Part shown: positions 49,192-58,473 of the stretch, piece after piece
How the letters are laid out: the number at the start of each line of letters is the position of its first letter
How positions within the stretch are numbered: position 1 is the stretch's first letter
Virus record (IMG/VR): IMGVR_UViG_3300032316_001090
Location: 8,784 to 72,783 of that record
DNA length: 64,000 nucleotides
From: a virus
Strand: one strand, 5' to 3'
The notes under the pieces: model-generated
What the model was told of the DNA's origin: nothing
Seen by the model: the letters and a program-made list of their open reading frames with translations, nothing else
Database searches by the model: none
Translations under genes and position numbers: made by a program

Positions 49192-52100
49192 GTTTGATAT
49201 TTTTTATTCAGGACCTAAGCCTAATTTGTTTGTGCATGAGCGCAAAGTTGACAGTATTGAACATGCACGGCAATTGAGCACCACTAGATACTTTTGGTGG
49301 GTAAATTACTTAGCGGACTACAGTAACTTTGATTTTCTTTGGGAACCTGTGCCCTGGCAGGCCAATCAAATTCATACATGGCCCAGCCAATGGCACGAAT
49401 ATTCAGGAACTTACCTGGTTCCAAAACAACCCACCGATCAATTGAACTTCCACAGTGAGATTGTTCCTAACCAATCTCTAAGAAAAAACTGGCATGTGTT
49501 GCACGCCATAGACGAAACTGGTTGGAATTGGACCTGGGCTCCACATCCATTGGATCCACCTTACATCTATGTGTTCGGTAATCAGTGGTGGCCCGGTGAA
49601 ATCATGCCCACTGTGGAATATCATGTGCCTGGCGCCACAGAACGCAAGTACATGGACATGACTGCAACATTAGTCCAAGACAAAACCAACTGGACCATGC
49701 ATGCATGTGTCAAACAATGGGATTACAGCTGGGTGCCAGATCCTGGATCACCACCGTATGTCTATGTGTGGGGCAATCAACATTGGCCTGGCGAAATCAT
49801 GCCTACTATGACATACACAGTGCCTGGTGCAGTAGAGATCAAATACGTAGATGGTCCACAACCTGAGCTCAGCAGTTGCATGAGTGGCTGGGAGTTTTGC
49901 GAAGATATTGACCACAGTGCCTGGGATTGGACCTGGGTACCAAACCCCAAAGACCCACCTTACATCTATGTGTGGGGCAACCAATGGAATCCACCAGAGT
50001 TCAAAGCCAGCTTGAGATATCATGTGTCCGGCGCAACAGAAATCAAGTACATGGATCGCCGCACACGCCGGTTGCCCAACTACAGCAATCATTGGCGTGT
50101 GCATATCAATGTAGAACAATTTGATTACTCCTGGGAACCCAATCCGTTTGATCCTCCTTACATTTATGTGTTTGGAAATCAATGGAACAGCGCAGTGCTA
50201 GAGCCCACTGTGGCCTATCATGTGCCTGGTGCCACAGAACGCAAGTATGTGGAAGATATTGTGGCCACAGTGGCGCAGAATCCTGCTGCGTTTGAACTGA
50301 TTGATGATGTACTAGAATTTGATTATTCCTGGAGACCCAACCCTACTGATCCGCCTTATGTGTATGTGTTCGGTAATCAATGGCTCACACCTGAACAGCG
50401 GCCAGCATTGCAGTACACCGTTGGTAACGCTACAGAAATCAAGTACATGGATGAGCCAAAGGCACAGCGCAAAGGCGATCCAGAAAAGTTTCAAACATTG
50501 TTTGATTGTGTGTTTGATTGGTCGTGGGAACCAGAACCTGGCAGCCCTCCATACAACTATATGTTTGGTAATCAATGGCATGCTGCCGAAGTCATGCCCA
50601 CTGTGGAATATCGCATGCCGGGTGCCACAGAAGTCAAATACATGGATGAGCCAAAAGCCCAGTTACCTGAGAACCCCAATCGACCTTGGTACAACGTAGT
50701 TGAAAGTGACATGGATTATTCTTGGGTGCCCGACCCAGGCGACCCTCCGTACATTTACGTGTTTGGCAACCAATGGCATGCTGCCGAAATCATGCCCACT
50801 GTGGAATATCGCATGCCCGGTGCCGCAGACCGCAAGTACATGGACTCACCTGTGGCTGAATTACCAGCAGACATGACATTATGGCATGTGCCAGACAATG
50901 TTGATATTCGGGACATGGATTTCTCTTGGGTACCGGATCCTGGATCACCGCCTTACATCTATCAATTTGCTACACAGCATCAAAAAACCGGAGGCCCACA
51001 GTATCGTATGCCAGGTGCAACAGAAATCAAGTATGTGGACATGATGCAAGCCGAAGTCAAAGCTGAATCTGTGCCTGTTGTTGAGATCGATCACTTGGAT
51101 GGCCATGCAGGCAATATTCCCAACACCATTAAGCGTATACGATATTTTGACAACTATCGTGACACATTGATTCGCCTGGCCAAAAGTCTTGTGGGCACAC
51201 ATGAACATGTGTGGGTGTGTAGTTCAATATGCGATTACACTGACTTTGATTTTTCCTGGCACCCAGAAAAGTGGCAAAGCACCATGCTGCATGTGTTCCC
51301 CAGCAACGAACAAAAGTTTGGAGACACATTCTACATGCATGTTCCAACCTTTGCTGAACGTGCAGAAAAGAAACAGTTGTTGGAATGGTACTCGGTAAAC
51401 TATGTGTCTCGGCGCAAGGCACTGCGTAGACCCATGCCTGTGATTGAACACAGTGAGGATAGCCAAGTCAATGTTGTTAAGAACACCAATTGGGCAGGAC
51501 CGCTGGCTACATTTACCACAACAGATTATGTGCCGGGCGATATGGTCACTGTTCCACTGTGGCGTACTGAAACCAAGACCATTACGCCACTCAGCCGAGG
51601 TGCAACCAGTGTGATTGTGCCAAAGTCGGCAGTGGGACACATACGCACACAGTTGTACGATTATCCTTACATAGACAAAACACATCGTTTATTAAAAGAT
51701 GAACCATTAGACATTGTGTTTATCAGCAATGGCGAACCCAATGCCAAGTCTAATTATTTGCAGATGACCGTGTATCTGGCCAACGAGTCAAGGTACACAA
51801 ACCGAGTTCATGTGGTAGAAGGAGTAAATGGACGAGTGGCAGCATATCATGCGGCTGCTAGAGCCAGCACCACACCTTGGTTCTTTGCTGTGTTTGCCAA
51901 GCTAGAAGTAAATCAAATGTTTGATTGGACCTGGCAACCTGATCGTATGCAACAGCCCAAACACTATATTTTCCATGCTGGTAATCCTGTAAATGGATTG
52001 GTGTACGGCCATCAGGCTATGATTGCTTACAACCGACAATTGGTATTAGAGAACACAGGTGTTGGTTTGGATTTTACGCTGGATCAAGCACACGAAGTTG

Positions 52101-52408
52101 TACCTGTCGTCAGTGGCACAGCCATGTATGCCGAAACACCTTGGATGGCCTGGCGCACCGCGTTCCGTGAAGCACTCAAACTACGTGCCAGCTTGCCTGA
52201 CGTGGAAAATGAATATAGACTAAAAGTCTGGTTAAAGGAAGACTCCGGTACCATTGCTAACGGACATTGGAGCTCAAAAGGCGCACAGGATGCAGTGGAG
52301 TATTATGACGCAGTCGGGGGTGACTTTGCAGAACTGCGCAAGAGTTATGACTGGGCTTGGTTGGCCAGCTATGCATTTATGCGTCGCAGTCTAACAACTG
52401 ATCAATAA
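49190..52408 (+). CDS. tandem-repeat protein, 1072 aa (8 x ~67-aa DYSWxPxPxxPPYIYVFGNQW repeats)
   Basis: Long uninterrupted ORF; eight consecutive repeats, near-identical at the nucleotide level; related degenerate modules at the N-terminus (DFDFLWEPVPW) and C-terminus (DFDFSWHPEKW; DWTWQPD). Confidence 0.75.
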   Translation: MFDIFYSGPKPNLFVHERKVDSIEHARQLSTTRYFWWVNYLADYSNFDFLWEPVPWQANQIHTWPSQWHEYSGTYLVPKQPTDQLNFHSEIVPNQSLRKNWHVLHAIDETGWNWTWAPHPLDPPYIYVFGNQWWPGEIMPTVEYHVPGATERKYMDMTATLVQDKTNWTMHACVKQWDYSWVPDPGSPPYVYVWGNQHWPGEIMPTMTYTVPGAVEIKYVDGPQPELSSCMSGWEFCEDIDHSAWDWTWVPNPKDPPYIYVWGNQWNPPEFKASLRYHVSGATEIKYMDRRTRRLPNYSNHWRVHINVEQFDYSWEPNPFDPPYIYVFGNQWNSAVLEPTVAYHVPGATERKYVEDIVATVAQNPAAFELIDDVLEFDYSWRPNPTDPPYVYVFGNQWLTPEQRPALQYTVGNATEIKYMDEPKAQRKGDPEKFQTLFDCVFDWSWEPEPGSPPYNYMFGNQWHAAEVMPTVEYRMPGATEVKYMDEPKAQLPENPNRPWYNVVESDMDYSWVPDPGDPPYIYVFGNQWHAAEIMPTVEYRMPGAADRKYMDSPVAELPADMTLWHVPDNVDIRDMDFSWVPDPGSPPYIYQFATQHQKTGGPQYRMPGATEIKYVDMMQAEVKAESVPVVEIDHLDGHAGNIPNTIKRIRYFDNYRDTLIRLAKSLVGTHEHVWVCSSICDYTDFDFSWHPEKWQSTMLHVFPSNEQKFGDTFYMHVPTFAERAEKKQLLEWYSVNYVSRRKALRRPMPVIEHSEDSQVNVVKNTNWAGPLATFTTTDYVPGDMVTVPLWRTETKTITPLSRGATSVIVPKSAVGHIRTQLYDYPYIDKTHRLLKDEPLDIVFISNGEPNAKSNYLQMTVYLANESRYTNRVHVVEGVNGRVAAYHAAARASTTPWFFAVFAKLEVNQMFDWTWQPDRMQQPKHYIFHAGNPVNGLVYGHQAMIAYNRQLVLENTGVGLDFTLDQAHEVVPVVSGTAMYAETPWMAWRTAFREALKLRASLPDVENEYRLKVWLKEDSGTIANGHWSSKGAQDAVEYYDAVGGDFAELRKSYDWAWLASYAFMRRSLTTDQ
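49517..51020 (+). repeat. coding tandem repeat array, ~200-nt period x 8
   Basis: Recurring ...caatggcatgctgccgaaRtcatgcccactgtggaatatcgcatgccSggtgcc... blocks; protein-level period ~65-70 aa. Confidence 0.8.
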
Positions 52409-52409
52409 A

Positions 52410-53216
52410 CTATTTTAGCAAATTGTTGTGAGTTTGAATTAATGCATACACATGTTGTGTATTGGTTAGGTAACGATCTTCAAACAGTGCGCCGTCATAA
52501 ATTTTACACATCTTTGATAAATTATAATTGATCCAGGCCTGTTCAATGACTGTACAATCTATCTCTGTGTCAGTGTTGGCAAATATATTTTCTATTATGC
52601 GATTACATTTGATAAAAGATTGCCAACCTTGATTTTTTGCTATAAATTCGCGCCATAACACATACAGTGATTGATCAGGAAAAAATGTTTGATTCAAGAA
52701 AGTTGCCAAAGAATTTAATTCAACGCAAAAATTTTTGAAAGAAAAAAAAGATTCAAACTTAAACTCATGCACAGAATTTGATATTGATAAAAAGTCAGCA
52801 TAGTAGTTGGCATACTTTTTGCGATCATCAAATTTGCAGTACCAATTGTCTCTTAATTTAATTGTGTGATTTCTAACAGAATCAGGTAAGTTCAACTGTT
52901 GCTTTTCAAATCCTATATCACCAGCTTTGAAAATTAAATTGGTAAGTGCAATAAAAAAAGTATCATCGTTATCAGAATCTATTACAATCCTAATAACTTG
53001 ATCACCATCATTGATTTTTAACTTAGTGTGTGGAGCTGAAAAATGTCCACACTCAATTATGCGGTTGTTGAGATAACCATCATCAGGATTATGCGCAGAG
53101 TAGGTAGGCGGTCTAAAAATACTGCGTTGACTTGGTGCAGTCTGCATGATATATACGTTACTGACATATTCTAAAAAATGGCCATGTGTACTACCGTGAA
53201 AATCTATTTTAATCAT
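52410..53216 (-). CDS. hypothetical protein, 268 aa
   Basis: ORF convergent with the repeat gene, 1-nt gap; first of a co-directional - strand run. Confidence 0.5.
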   Translation of the reverse strand: MIKIDFHGSTHGHFLEYVSNVYIMQTAPSQRSIFRPPTYSAHNPDDGYLNNRIIECGHFSAPHTKLKINDGDQVIRIVIDSDNDDTFFIALTNLIFKAGDIGFEKQQLNLPDSVRNHTIKLRDNWYCKFDDRKKYANYYADFLSISNSVHEFKFESFFSFKNFCVELNSLATFLNQTFFPDQSLYVLWREFIAKNQGWQSFIKCNRIIENIFANTDTEIDCTVIEQAWINYNLSKMCKIYDGALFEDRYLTNTQHVYALIQTHNNLLK

Positions 53217-54289
53217 AAAATAACATCTAACAACTGATCAATGATGTATTCAACTTCAAGATCAGTCAGTTCAGGATAGATAGGCAAACTCAAGCAACGT
53301 CTGCTCAATGAGCTAGCAGCACTGAGTATATCTGGACCTGGATAATGCTGATATGCCGGTAGCTCGTGCAATGGGTGTGTGTAATGCACTCTAGTATCAA
53401 TACCTGCCGTTAGCAGCCTGGCTCGAACTTGATCTCGATTGTCTATGTCAACCACAAACTTGTGGAAACAATGCTTGTCAAAATTACTTTTGTCTATTAG
53501 CGATCGTGCAGGCGATTTGTCCAAGCGGTTCATCCAATAGGCAGCAATGGTGCTTCTGCGACTTTGCCATGCAGCCAAGTGCCGGGTCTTGACCATCATC
53601 TGCGCACAATCCACTTCACTCATGCGACTGTTGGTGCCTATCTCGGCATAGCCTGTGCTCTTGCCGTTGTTGACCCAACTACGAGCATAATTCAACAACT
53701 CATAATCATCTGTAACAACGGCACCACCGTTGCCATAGTTGCCTAGATTTTTCATGGGATCAAAACTAATAGCGGTTGACCCATATCTGATACAACCATT
53801 AGAGAGCCAATGCTGGGCGGCATCTTCAATCAAGCCTGAACCCATTCGATTTTGTAATACGTTGGGCAACGCTGATCCGTACAAGCCAATACCAAGAATG
53901 GCTTGATAGGATACATCAGGATTGATTTTTGTAAGATTCATGTTACCATACGCATCAGTGTCTACAAAATGCAGATTCCAGCCAGCGCGAACAAATGCAT
54001 TGGCTGATGCAGGAAAGGTCATTGATGGAACAAGCACTGTGGGCGGATTTATTCCCAGTCTTTGTCGAGCAAAGCTGGCAATAATTTCTAGTGCTTGTGT
54101 GCCTGAATGACAGGTAACAGCATGTTTGACATGATTTTCGTAGGCCAACCATGACTCAAAGTTGGCAGTGTGCTCTGCATTCATGAGACGCCCAGATGCT
54201 AGGACGTGATCCGTTGCATCCAGTATCTCTTGGCGTAGATTGTTATACTGTCTTTGAAGACCAGTAAACTGAATTAGAGAGCCATTCAT
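53213..54289 (-). CDS. DegT/DnrJ/EryC1/StrS-family PLP-dependent sugar aminotransferase
   Basis: N-terminus LIQFTGLQRQY...; TCHSGTQALEI; PLP-lysine segment ISFDPMKNLGNYGNGGAVVTDDYEL...NNGKS. Confidence 0.8.
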   Translation of the reverse strand: MNGSLIQFTGLQRQYNNLRQEILDATDHVLASGRLMNAEHTANFESWLAYENHVKHAVTCHSGTQALEIIASFARQRLGINPPTVLVPSMTFPASANAFVRAGWNLHFVDTDAYGNMNLTKINPDVSYQAILGIGLYGSALPNVLQNRMGSGLIEDAAQHWLSNGCIRYGSTAISFDPMKNLGNYGNGGAVVTDDYELLNYARSWVNNGKSTGYAEIGTNSRMSEVDCAQMMVKTRHLAAWQSRRSTIAAYWMNRLDKSPARSLIDKSNFDKHCFHKFVVDIDNRDQVRARLLTAGIDTRVHYTHPLHELPAYQHYPGPDILSAASSLSRRCLSLPIYPELTDLEVEYIIDQLLDVIL

Positions 54290-55217
54290 AGTAATTTTGA
54301 AATCCTTGTTCTACGTCTACTCGGGGGTCAAAGCTCAAAATGGTTCTGGCTCTGTCAATGTTCAATGCACCACGTGATGGAAAGTCAGCATCTCGGTCAC
54401 CGACTTCAATGGTGCCTCGGCCCACAATCTTCACAATCATTTCTGCGGCTTCTAGTAGGCTTACTGAATGACTCTTGGTGATATTGAATGTCATGTTGCG
54501 GCACATGATGCGTGTGGCAGCGGCAACAATGCCATCAGCGGCGTCATCCACATAGGTAAAGTCCAAGGTTTCATTGGCACCATTTACCTTGAGAGTTTCT
54601 CCTCGCATGGCAGCAAGCATGAATTTTGCAATCACACGATCCGCCACGTCAAGAGGTCCGTACACAGCACTGGGACGAATGATCACATACTCAAAGCCAC
54701 AGCGACGAGCATAATCTTTGACCAGTTCTTCTCCACATAATTTCAAGATACCATACTGTCCTTTGGGATGGCATGGATCATCCTCCAGCACGTCATCTTC
54801 AAAGTCTCCGTACACCATGCTGGAACTGATGTACACAAATCGTTCAATGCCGTGCTTTTTGGCACTCTCAAGCATGTTGACCAGACCCCGCATCATGACA
54901 TCAGCGGCCTCAGTTGGCTTGTGATTCACGGCCTTTTGTCTGGGGTAGCTGGCACAATGAATGATGACCCGGGGTTTATGGTTGAGTACCGCCAAGTCAC
55001 AGGTCCAAAAGTTTGAAATATCAAAGCATTCAATTTTTGTGTCTGGTGCAATCTTTTTCTGTCGCTCTGCCATCAAGTAGTCAAGTTCCTCTTGAGGAAT
55101 AAAATTGTGATAAGTGGTTTTTGTGTCTAATATGACCACCTGTTCATCACGTGCTTGAAGACGTTGTACTACGTTGTGCCCAATAAGGCCTAGGCCGCCT
55201 GTTACTAAAAATGTCAT
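54243..55217 (-). CDS. NAD-dependent sugar epimerase/dehydratase (extended SDR)
   Basis: N-terminal TGGLGLIGHNVVQRL (GxxGxxG Rossmann motif); catalytic YGILK (YxxxK). Confidence 0.8.
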   Translation of the reverse strand: MTFLVTGGLGLIGHNVVQRLQARDEQVVILDTKTTYHNFIPQEELDYLMAERQKKIAPDTKIECFDISNFWTCDLAVLNHKPRVIIHCASYPRQKAVNHKPTEAADVMMRGLVNMLESAKKHGIERFVYISSSMVYGDFEDDVLEDDPCHPKGQYGILKLCGEELVKDYARRCGFEYVIIRPSAVYGPLDVADRVIAKFMLAAMRGETLKVNGANETLDFTYVDDAADGIVAAATRIMCRNMTFNITKSHSVSLLEAAEMIVKIVGRGTIEVGDRDADFPSRGALNIDRARTILSFDPRVDVEQGFQNYYEWLSNSVYWSSKTV

Positions 55218-55552
55218 TTGAATTTTAACCTAAAAAATGTTTGATTTGGTTCGCTGAGTCTGGCCATGATTCGATACTGGTAGCCATAACTGCTGTGATC
55301 TACCCGACGAATCCAGTATGGTGTTTGCACAGCATGAGCTATGACCCACTGACCCGATTCACTTTTTTCCCATTCCCATAACGGTTGTGCCGCATACAAG
55401 TCTGGATCGTCTACGTCGCCCATAGTAAACTCATGCACACAAATATCACTGAAACGCACCAGTCGGTCGTTGATAATTTTGCATTCTTCGGCCTGCCAGT
55501 GCATGGATGTTTCATAATTGTTGCATGTTGTTGACATACAACATTGTAGCAT
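55214..55552 (-). CDS. hypothetical protein, 112 aa
   Basis: ORF overlapping the start of the epimerase gene. Confidence 0.45.
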   Translation of the reverse strand: MLQCCMSTTCNNYETSMHWQAEECKIINDRLVRFSDICVHEFTMGDVDDPDLYAAQPLWEWEKSESGQWVIAHAVQTPYWIRRVDHSSYGYQYRIMARLSEPNQTFFRLKFK

Positions 55553-55557
55553 AATTT

Positions 55558-56517
55558 TTATGTTGGTGCAACCAACGTTTGTATTTTTTGATAGATTTGA
55601 TCAGCATAAAATGCATGTGTTTTGATTCCGGGATGTAGCAGGTCAGACCCTATATCTATAAACATATTGCTGGGATCTCTACCCCAGATTCCATTTAACA
55701 TTACTAAATTAGGAAAATCTTGAATGTAGTTAATCACTGACTGATCGAACAGGTTAGCCAATATTAATTTTGCATTTATCTTTGTGCAAAAGTTGATGAC
55801 CTGATGCACACTGATAACTGAGTGATACAGAGCTTGATCACTAACAAGATACTCTGTTGTTGATGGCGTTTGTTTCCACACTGAGTGATTTAGGCCAAAA
55901 CATCGGATCTCGTTCATTTCAAATTTAGTAAGCCTTGTATGAGATGTTATTCCCCATACCACAAGATCTCCAGGTCTAATGTCTGATCTGAGAATTTGAT
56001 CAGCTGCCCATACAATAGATGAGCCTGAGTGCGTTAGGAAACTTGCACTGATATTTAATCGATCTGCTAGTAATTGTCCATATCGTGTGCGGGTGTCTAC
56101 ACCGTCGCCCTTGCTTATACTACATCCAGCAATCCATAGTTGTGAACTGTCTGTTTTTCTTGTGTCAGCAAGTGTTAATATCTGATCAAATTCTGGCTCA
56201 CGAGCATTGGTATAGTTTTCTACCTGGCATCGGAATCTGAATATATTTAAATAATCTTCAGTCCATGTTTGCATCTGACTCTTGCCAAACAAACTGTCGC
56301 TCCATTTGTCAGGCGGCGGAGAATACACAATACGATCGGCTTGCTGTAGCACATCGCCTAACACTGCTAAATTAGTTAAATCGCCTAAACTGGTAAAGTA
56401 TGTTCCGGACTCTAAGTTCTTGTAATTTTCTTCAGTGATTAACTGCGCATCTGGATCTGACATAACAGCCTGTTGTCTTAGATAGTCAGTTATATCACCA
56501 AGATAGATTGTGATCAT
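55558..56517 (-). CDS. hypothetical protein, 319 aa (weak SGNH-hydrolase-like GCSISKGDG segment)
   Basis: ORF between the ThyX and epimerase genes. Confidence 0.5.
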   Translation of the reverse strand: MITIYLGDITDYLRQQAVMSDPDAQLITEENYKNLESGTYFTSLGDLTNLAVLGDVLQQADRIVYSPPPDKWSDSLFGKSQMQTWTEDYLNIFRFRCQVENYTNAREPEFDQILTLADTRKTDSSQLWIAGCSISKGDGVDTRTRYGQLLADRLNISASFLTHSGSSIVWAADQILRSDIRPGDLVVWGITSHTRLTKFEMNEIRCFGLNHSVWKQTPSTTEYLVSDQALYHSVISVHQVINFCTKINAKLILANLFDQSVINYIQDFPNLVMLNGIWGRDPSNMFIDIGSDLLHPGIKTHAFYADQIYQKIQTLVAPT

Positions 56518-56523
56518 TTTACA

Positions 56524-57210
56524 CTATTTTATCAAGTCGGAGGCCAATGGAAAAATTGCTGTGATGGCCTGGGCACAGGCTCTGGCCACTTCTTGATGTT
56601 CTTTTTGTGTGCCATTTGCTGATCGCAATTCAATAAAGTGAATCCATGAACGCAAGGTACCATTCATGTACATGCGGCTCACAGTGAGACCTTCAGGTAA
56701 CACAGCACGAGCTTGTTCCTTGGCAATACCGTTCTTGATAGCCCAGGAGTATTCTTGTTTGACTGAGAACAGCACACGCCGTTGAGCACGTTCCCATTCA
56801 ATGGCCAAGAGCCGTTGTGCCTCATCCGCCATGTCCAAGTCTACGCTGTTCTGTCGATTCTTGGTGTCTTGGAATCGTGCCTCACGTAGCACAAACGCTT
56901 CGTCGAGTTCAGCTGTAGGATCAGCATATCGCTGGGAGAACTCTTGAAAGCTGAAACTTCTGTGACGTAGAATCTGTCGGGCAATGTCACGGGTGGTGAC
57001 AATTTCACAACAGGCAGAGACCATTTCCAAGGGTGACCAGTGTTGGTGTCGCACCAGGTACTGTATGAGTCGTTCGCTTGTTTCAGTGTTGAATTGGTTG
57101 GCTGGATTGGACACACGGGCGCAATAGGCAATGAGTTCTTGTGCGTCTCCGATGCCTTGGCTTGCAAATTCCTCGGTAGATTGACTGTAGCTGAGTAAGC
57201 GAACATTCAT
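56524..57210 (-). CDS. thyX: flavin-dependent thymidylate synthase ThyX
   Basis: ThyX signature RHRSFSFQEFSQRY (RHR-x7-S...SxRY) and overall length ~228 aa. Confidence 0.85.
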   Translation of the reverse strand: MNVRLLSYSQSTEEFASQGIGDAQELIAYCARVSNPANQFNTETSERLIQYLVRHQHWSPLEMVSACCEIVTTRDIARQILRHRSFSFQEFSQRYADPTAELDEAFVLREARFQDTKNRQNSVDLDMADEAQRLLAIEWERAQRRVLFSVKQEYSWAIKNGIAKEQARAVLPEGLTVSRMYMNGTLRSWIHFIELRSANGTQKEHQEVARACAQAITAIFPLASDLIK

Positions 57211-57557
57211 AAGTCTTTTAATAGTTTGTCTGTTTCAGGTTGTACAATTGTGGCAATGGCGCCAACGTCCAAGATAAAATCAACGTCACGTACTTGTTCG
57301 CCGAGGTCGGTCAAGGTCCTGGTCATCACAGTTTCAATTTCTTCAATGTCAAGACCTTGACGTCGTAGTAGGTCAAGATTGATGGTACGTTGTTTTTTAC
57401 CATACAACTTGACCACAACTTTTTTAATACACTCCAGTGGAACGTCTGTGATGTCTACATCGTCAATGATGTGTTCCCAGCGTTCCAAGAACTCATCACT
57501 GAACTGCATCAGCCGCTGCCTTCTTGCGACTGCGTGTTTTAGCGGCAGCAGGTTCAA
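57207..57557 (-). CDS. hypothetical protein, 116 aa
   Basis: ORF with ATGA-type overlap onto thyX. Confidence 0.45.
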   Translation of the reverse strand: MNLLPLKHAVARRQRLMQFSDEFLERWEHIIDDVDITDVPLECIKKVVVKLYGKKQRTINLDLLRRQGLDIEEIETVMTRTLTDLGEQVRDVDFILDVGAIATIVQPETDKLLKDL

Positions 57558-58230
57558 CGGCAGTGGCCACAGGCACGGGTTTAGCAGATTTCATATTGAC
57601 ACTGGGAAACATTTTCTGTGCTTCTTTTTTCATTCTGGCCGCTTCGGCCACCAAGCCCTTGGCATCCGCTTCCATGCGTTTGGCCTGAGCCAGCATGTTG
57701 GCCGCCAGTGATTGGTCATCCAATGCGCCACCAGCAGGTGCTGCCAACGGTGCAACAAGTGCTTCAGCTTCACTCATGCGACCTTCTTTGAAAGCCTTTT
57801 CTGCTTTGCGTTTTACAGCAGGATCAACAAAGCCGGCATTGGCATCCAATTCCCGCATGCGTTTGAGAGCATCAGCACCAGATTCCATTTCTTTCACAAT
57901 GCGGTTCAGTTCGTCCAGCTTGACGTTGCTCTGTGCTGTGGGTGTGACGATGACCTGGTTGGTTTGAATTTTCTTCAACATGCCTTCATTGTGCAAGGCT
58001 TGCAAAATAACTCTGCCATCAGGCAACAAGTTGCGATGCAACACATCAGCCAAGTTGGGTGAGGCCTGACCTGGTGGGCTTTCCAAAATACCCATGATAG
58101 TGTTGTGAAAGTGAGTGGGCAATGTCTCGGGGTAGATTACCAAACACATGTGGTCCTCGCCGGGTAGTTCTCTAAATATGATTGCAACCTTGCGGTCACC
58201 GTGTCGTCCTATGTGTTTCAACATTGTCAT
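57496..58230 (-). CDS. hypothetical protein, 244 aa (Ala/Lys-rich C-terminal half)
   Basis: ORF in the co-directional - strand run. Confidence 0.5.
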   Translation of the reverse strand: MTMLKHIGRHGDRKVAIIFRELPGEDHMCLVIYPETLPTHFHNTIMGILESPPGQASPNLADVLHRNLLPDGRVILQALHNEGMLKKIQTNQVIVTPTAQSNVKLDELNRIVKEMESGADALKRMRELDANAGFVDPAVKRKAEKAFKEGRMSEAEALVAPLAAPAGGALDDQSLAANMLAQAKRMEADAKGLVAEAARMKKEAQKMFPSVNMKSAKPVPVATAVEPAAAKTRSRKKAAADAVQ

Positions 58231-58436
58231 TCTCCTTGTGTGAGTTCAGCTGGTTGTTGTGCTTCAGCTTGTGCGGCCAATTGAGTTTGAGTGGCTGTTA
58301 AGAAAGCATCTAGTTTGTCATAGATGTTGCCTACAGTGCTCATTTCATTGGCACGAAAAGCGCCACGTGCAGTGGCAGCTTCAATTAAGTTCTTGATTGA
58401 TGCCATATCGGCTAAGGTAAGTGATGCGTTTTCCAT
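58227..58436 (-). CDS. hypothetical protein, 69 aa
   Basis: Small ORF with 4-nt overlap onto the downstream gene. Confidence 0.35.
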   Translation of the reverse strand: MENASLTLADMASIKNLIEAATARGAFRANEMSTVGNIYDKLDAFLTATQTQLAAQAEAQQPAELTQGE

Positions 58437-58473
58437 GCAAATATTTAAGGCAGAGATTTACCAGTGTAATATT

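Noticed and set aside
49748-50182. 144-aa ORF on the - strand inside the repeat region
   Set aside because: It arises from the repetitive, codon-biased sequence of the + strand gene and has no independent support.
49517-51020. CRISPR-like periodic repeats
   Set aside because: The period is ~200 nt, the repeats are coding and in frame within a single ORF, and there are no short direct repeats with unique spacers.
55558-56517. SGNH/GDSL hydrolase call for the 319-aa protein
   Set aside because: Only one weak GCSISKGDG segment; no clear Ser-Gly-Asn-His block pattern visible by eye, so it is left as hypothetical.
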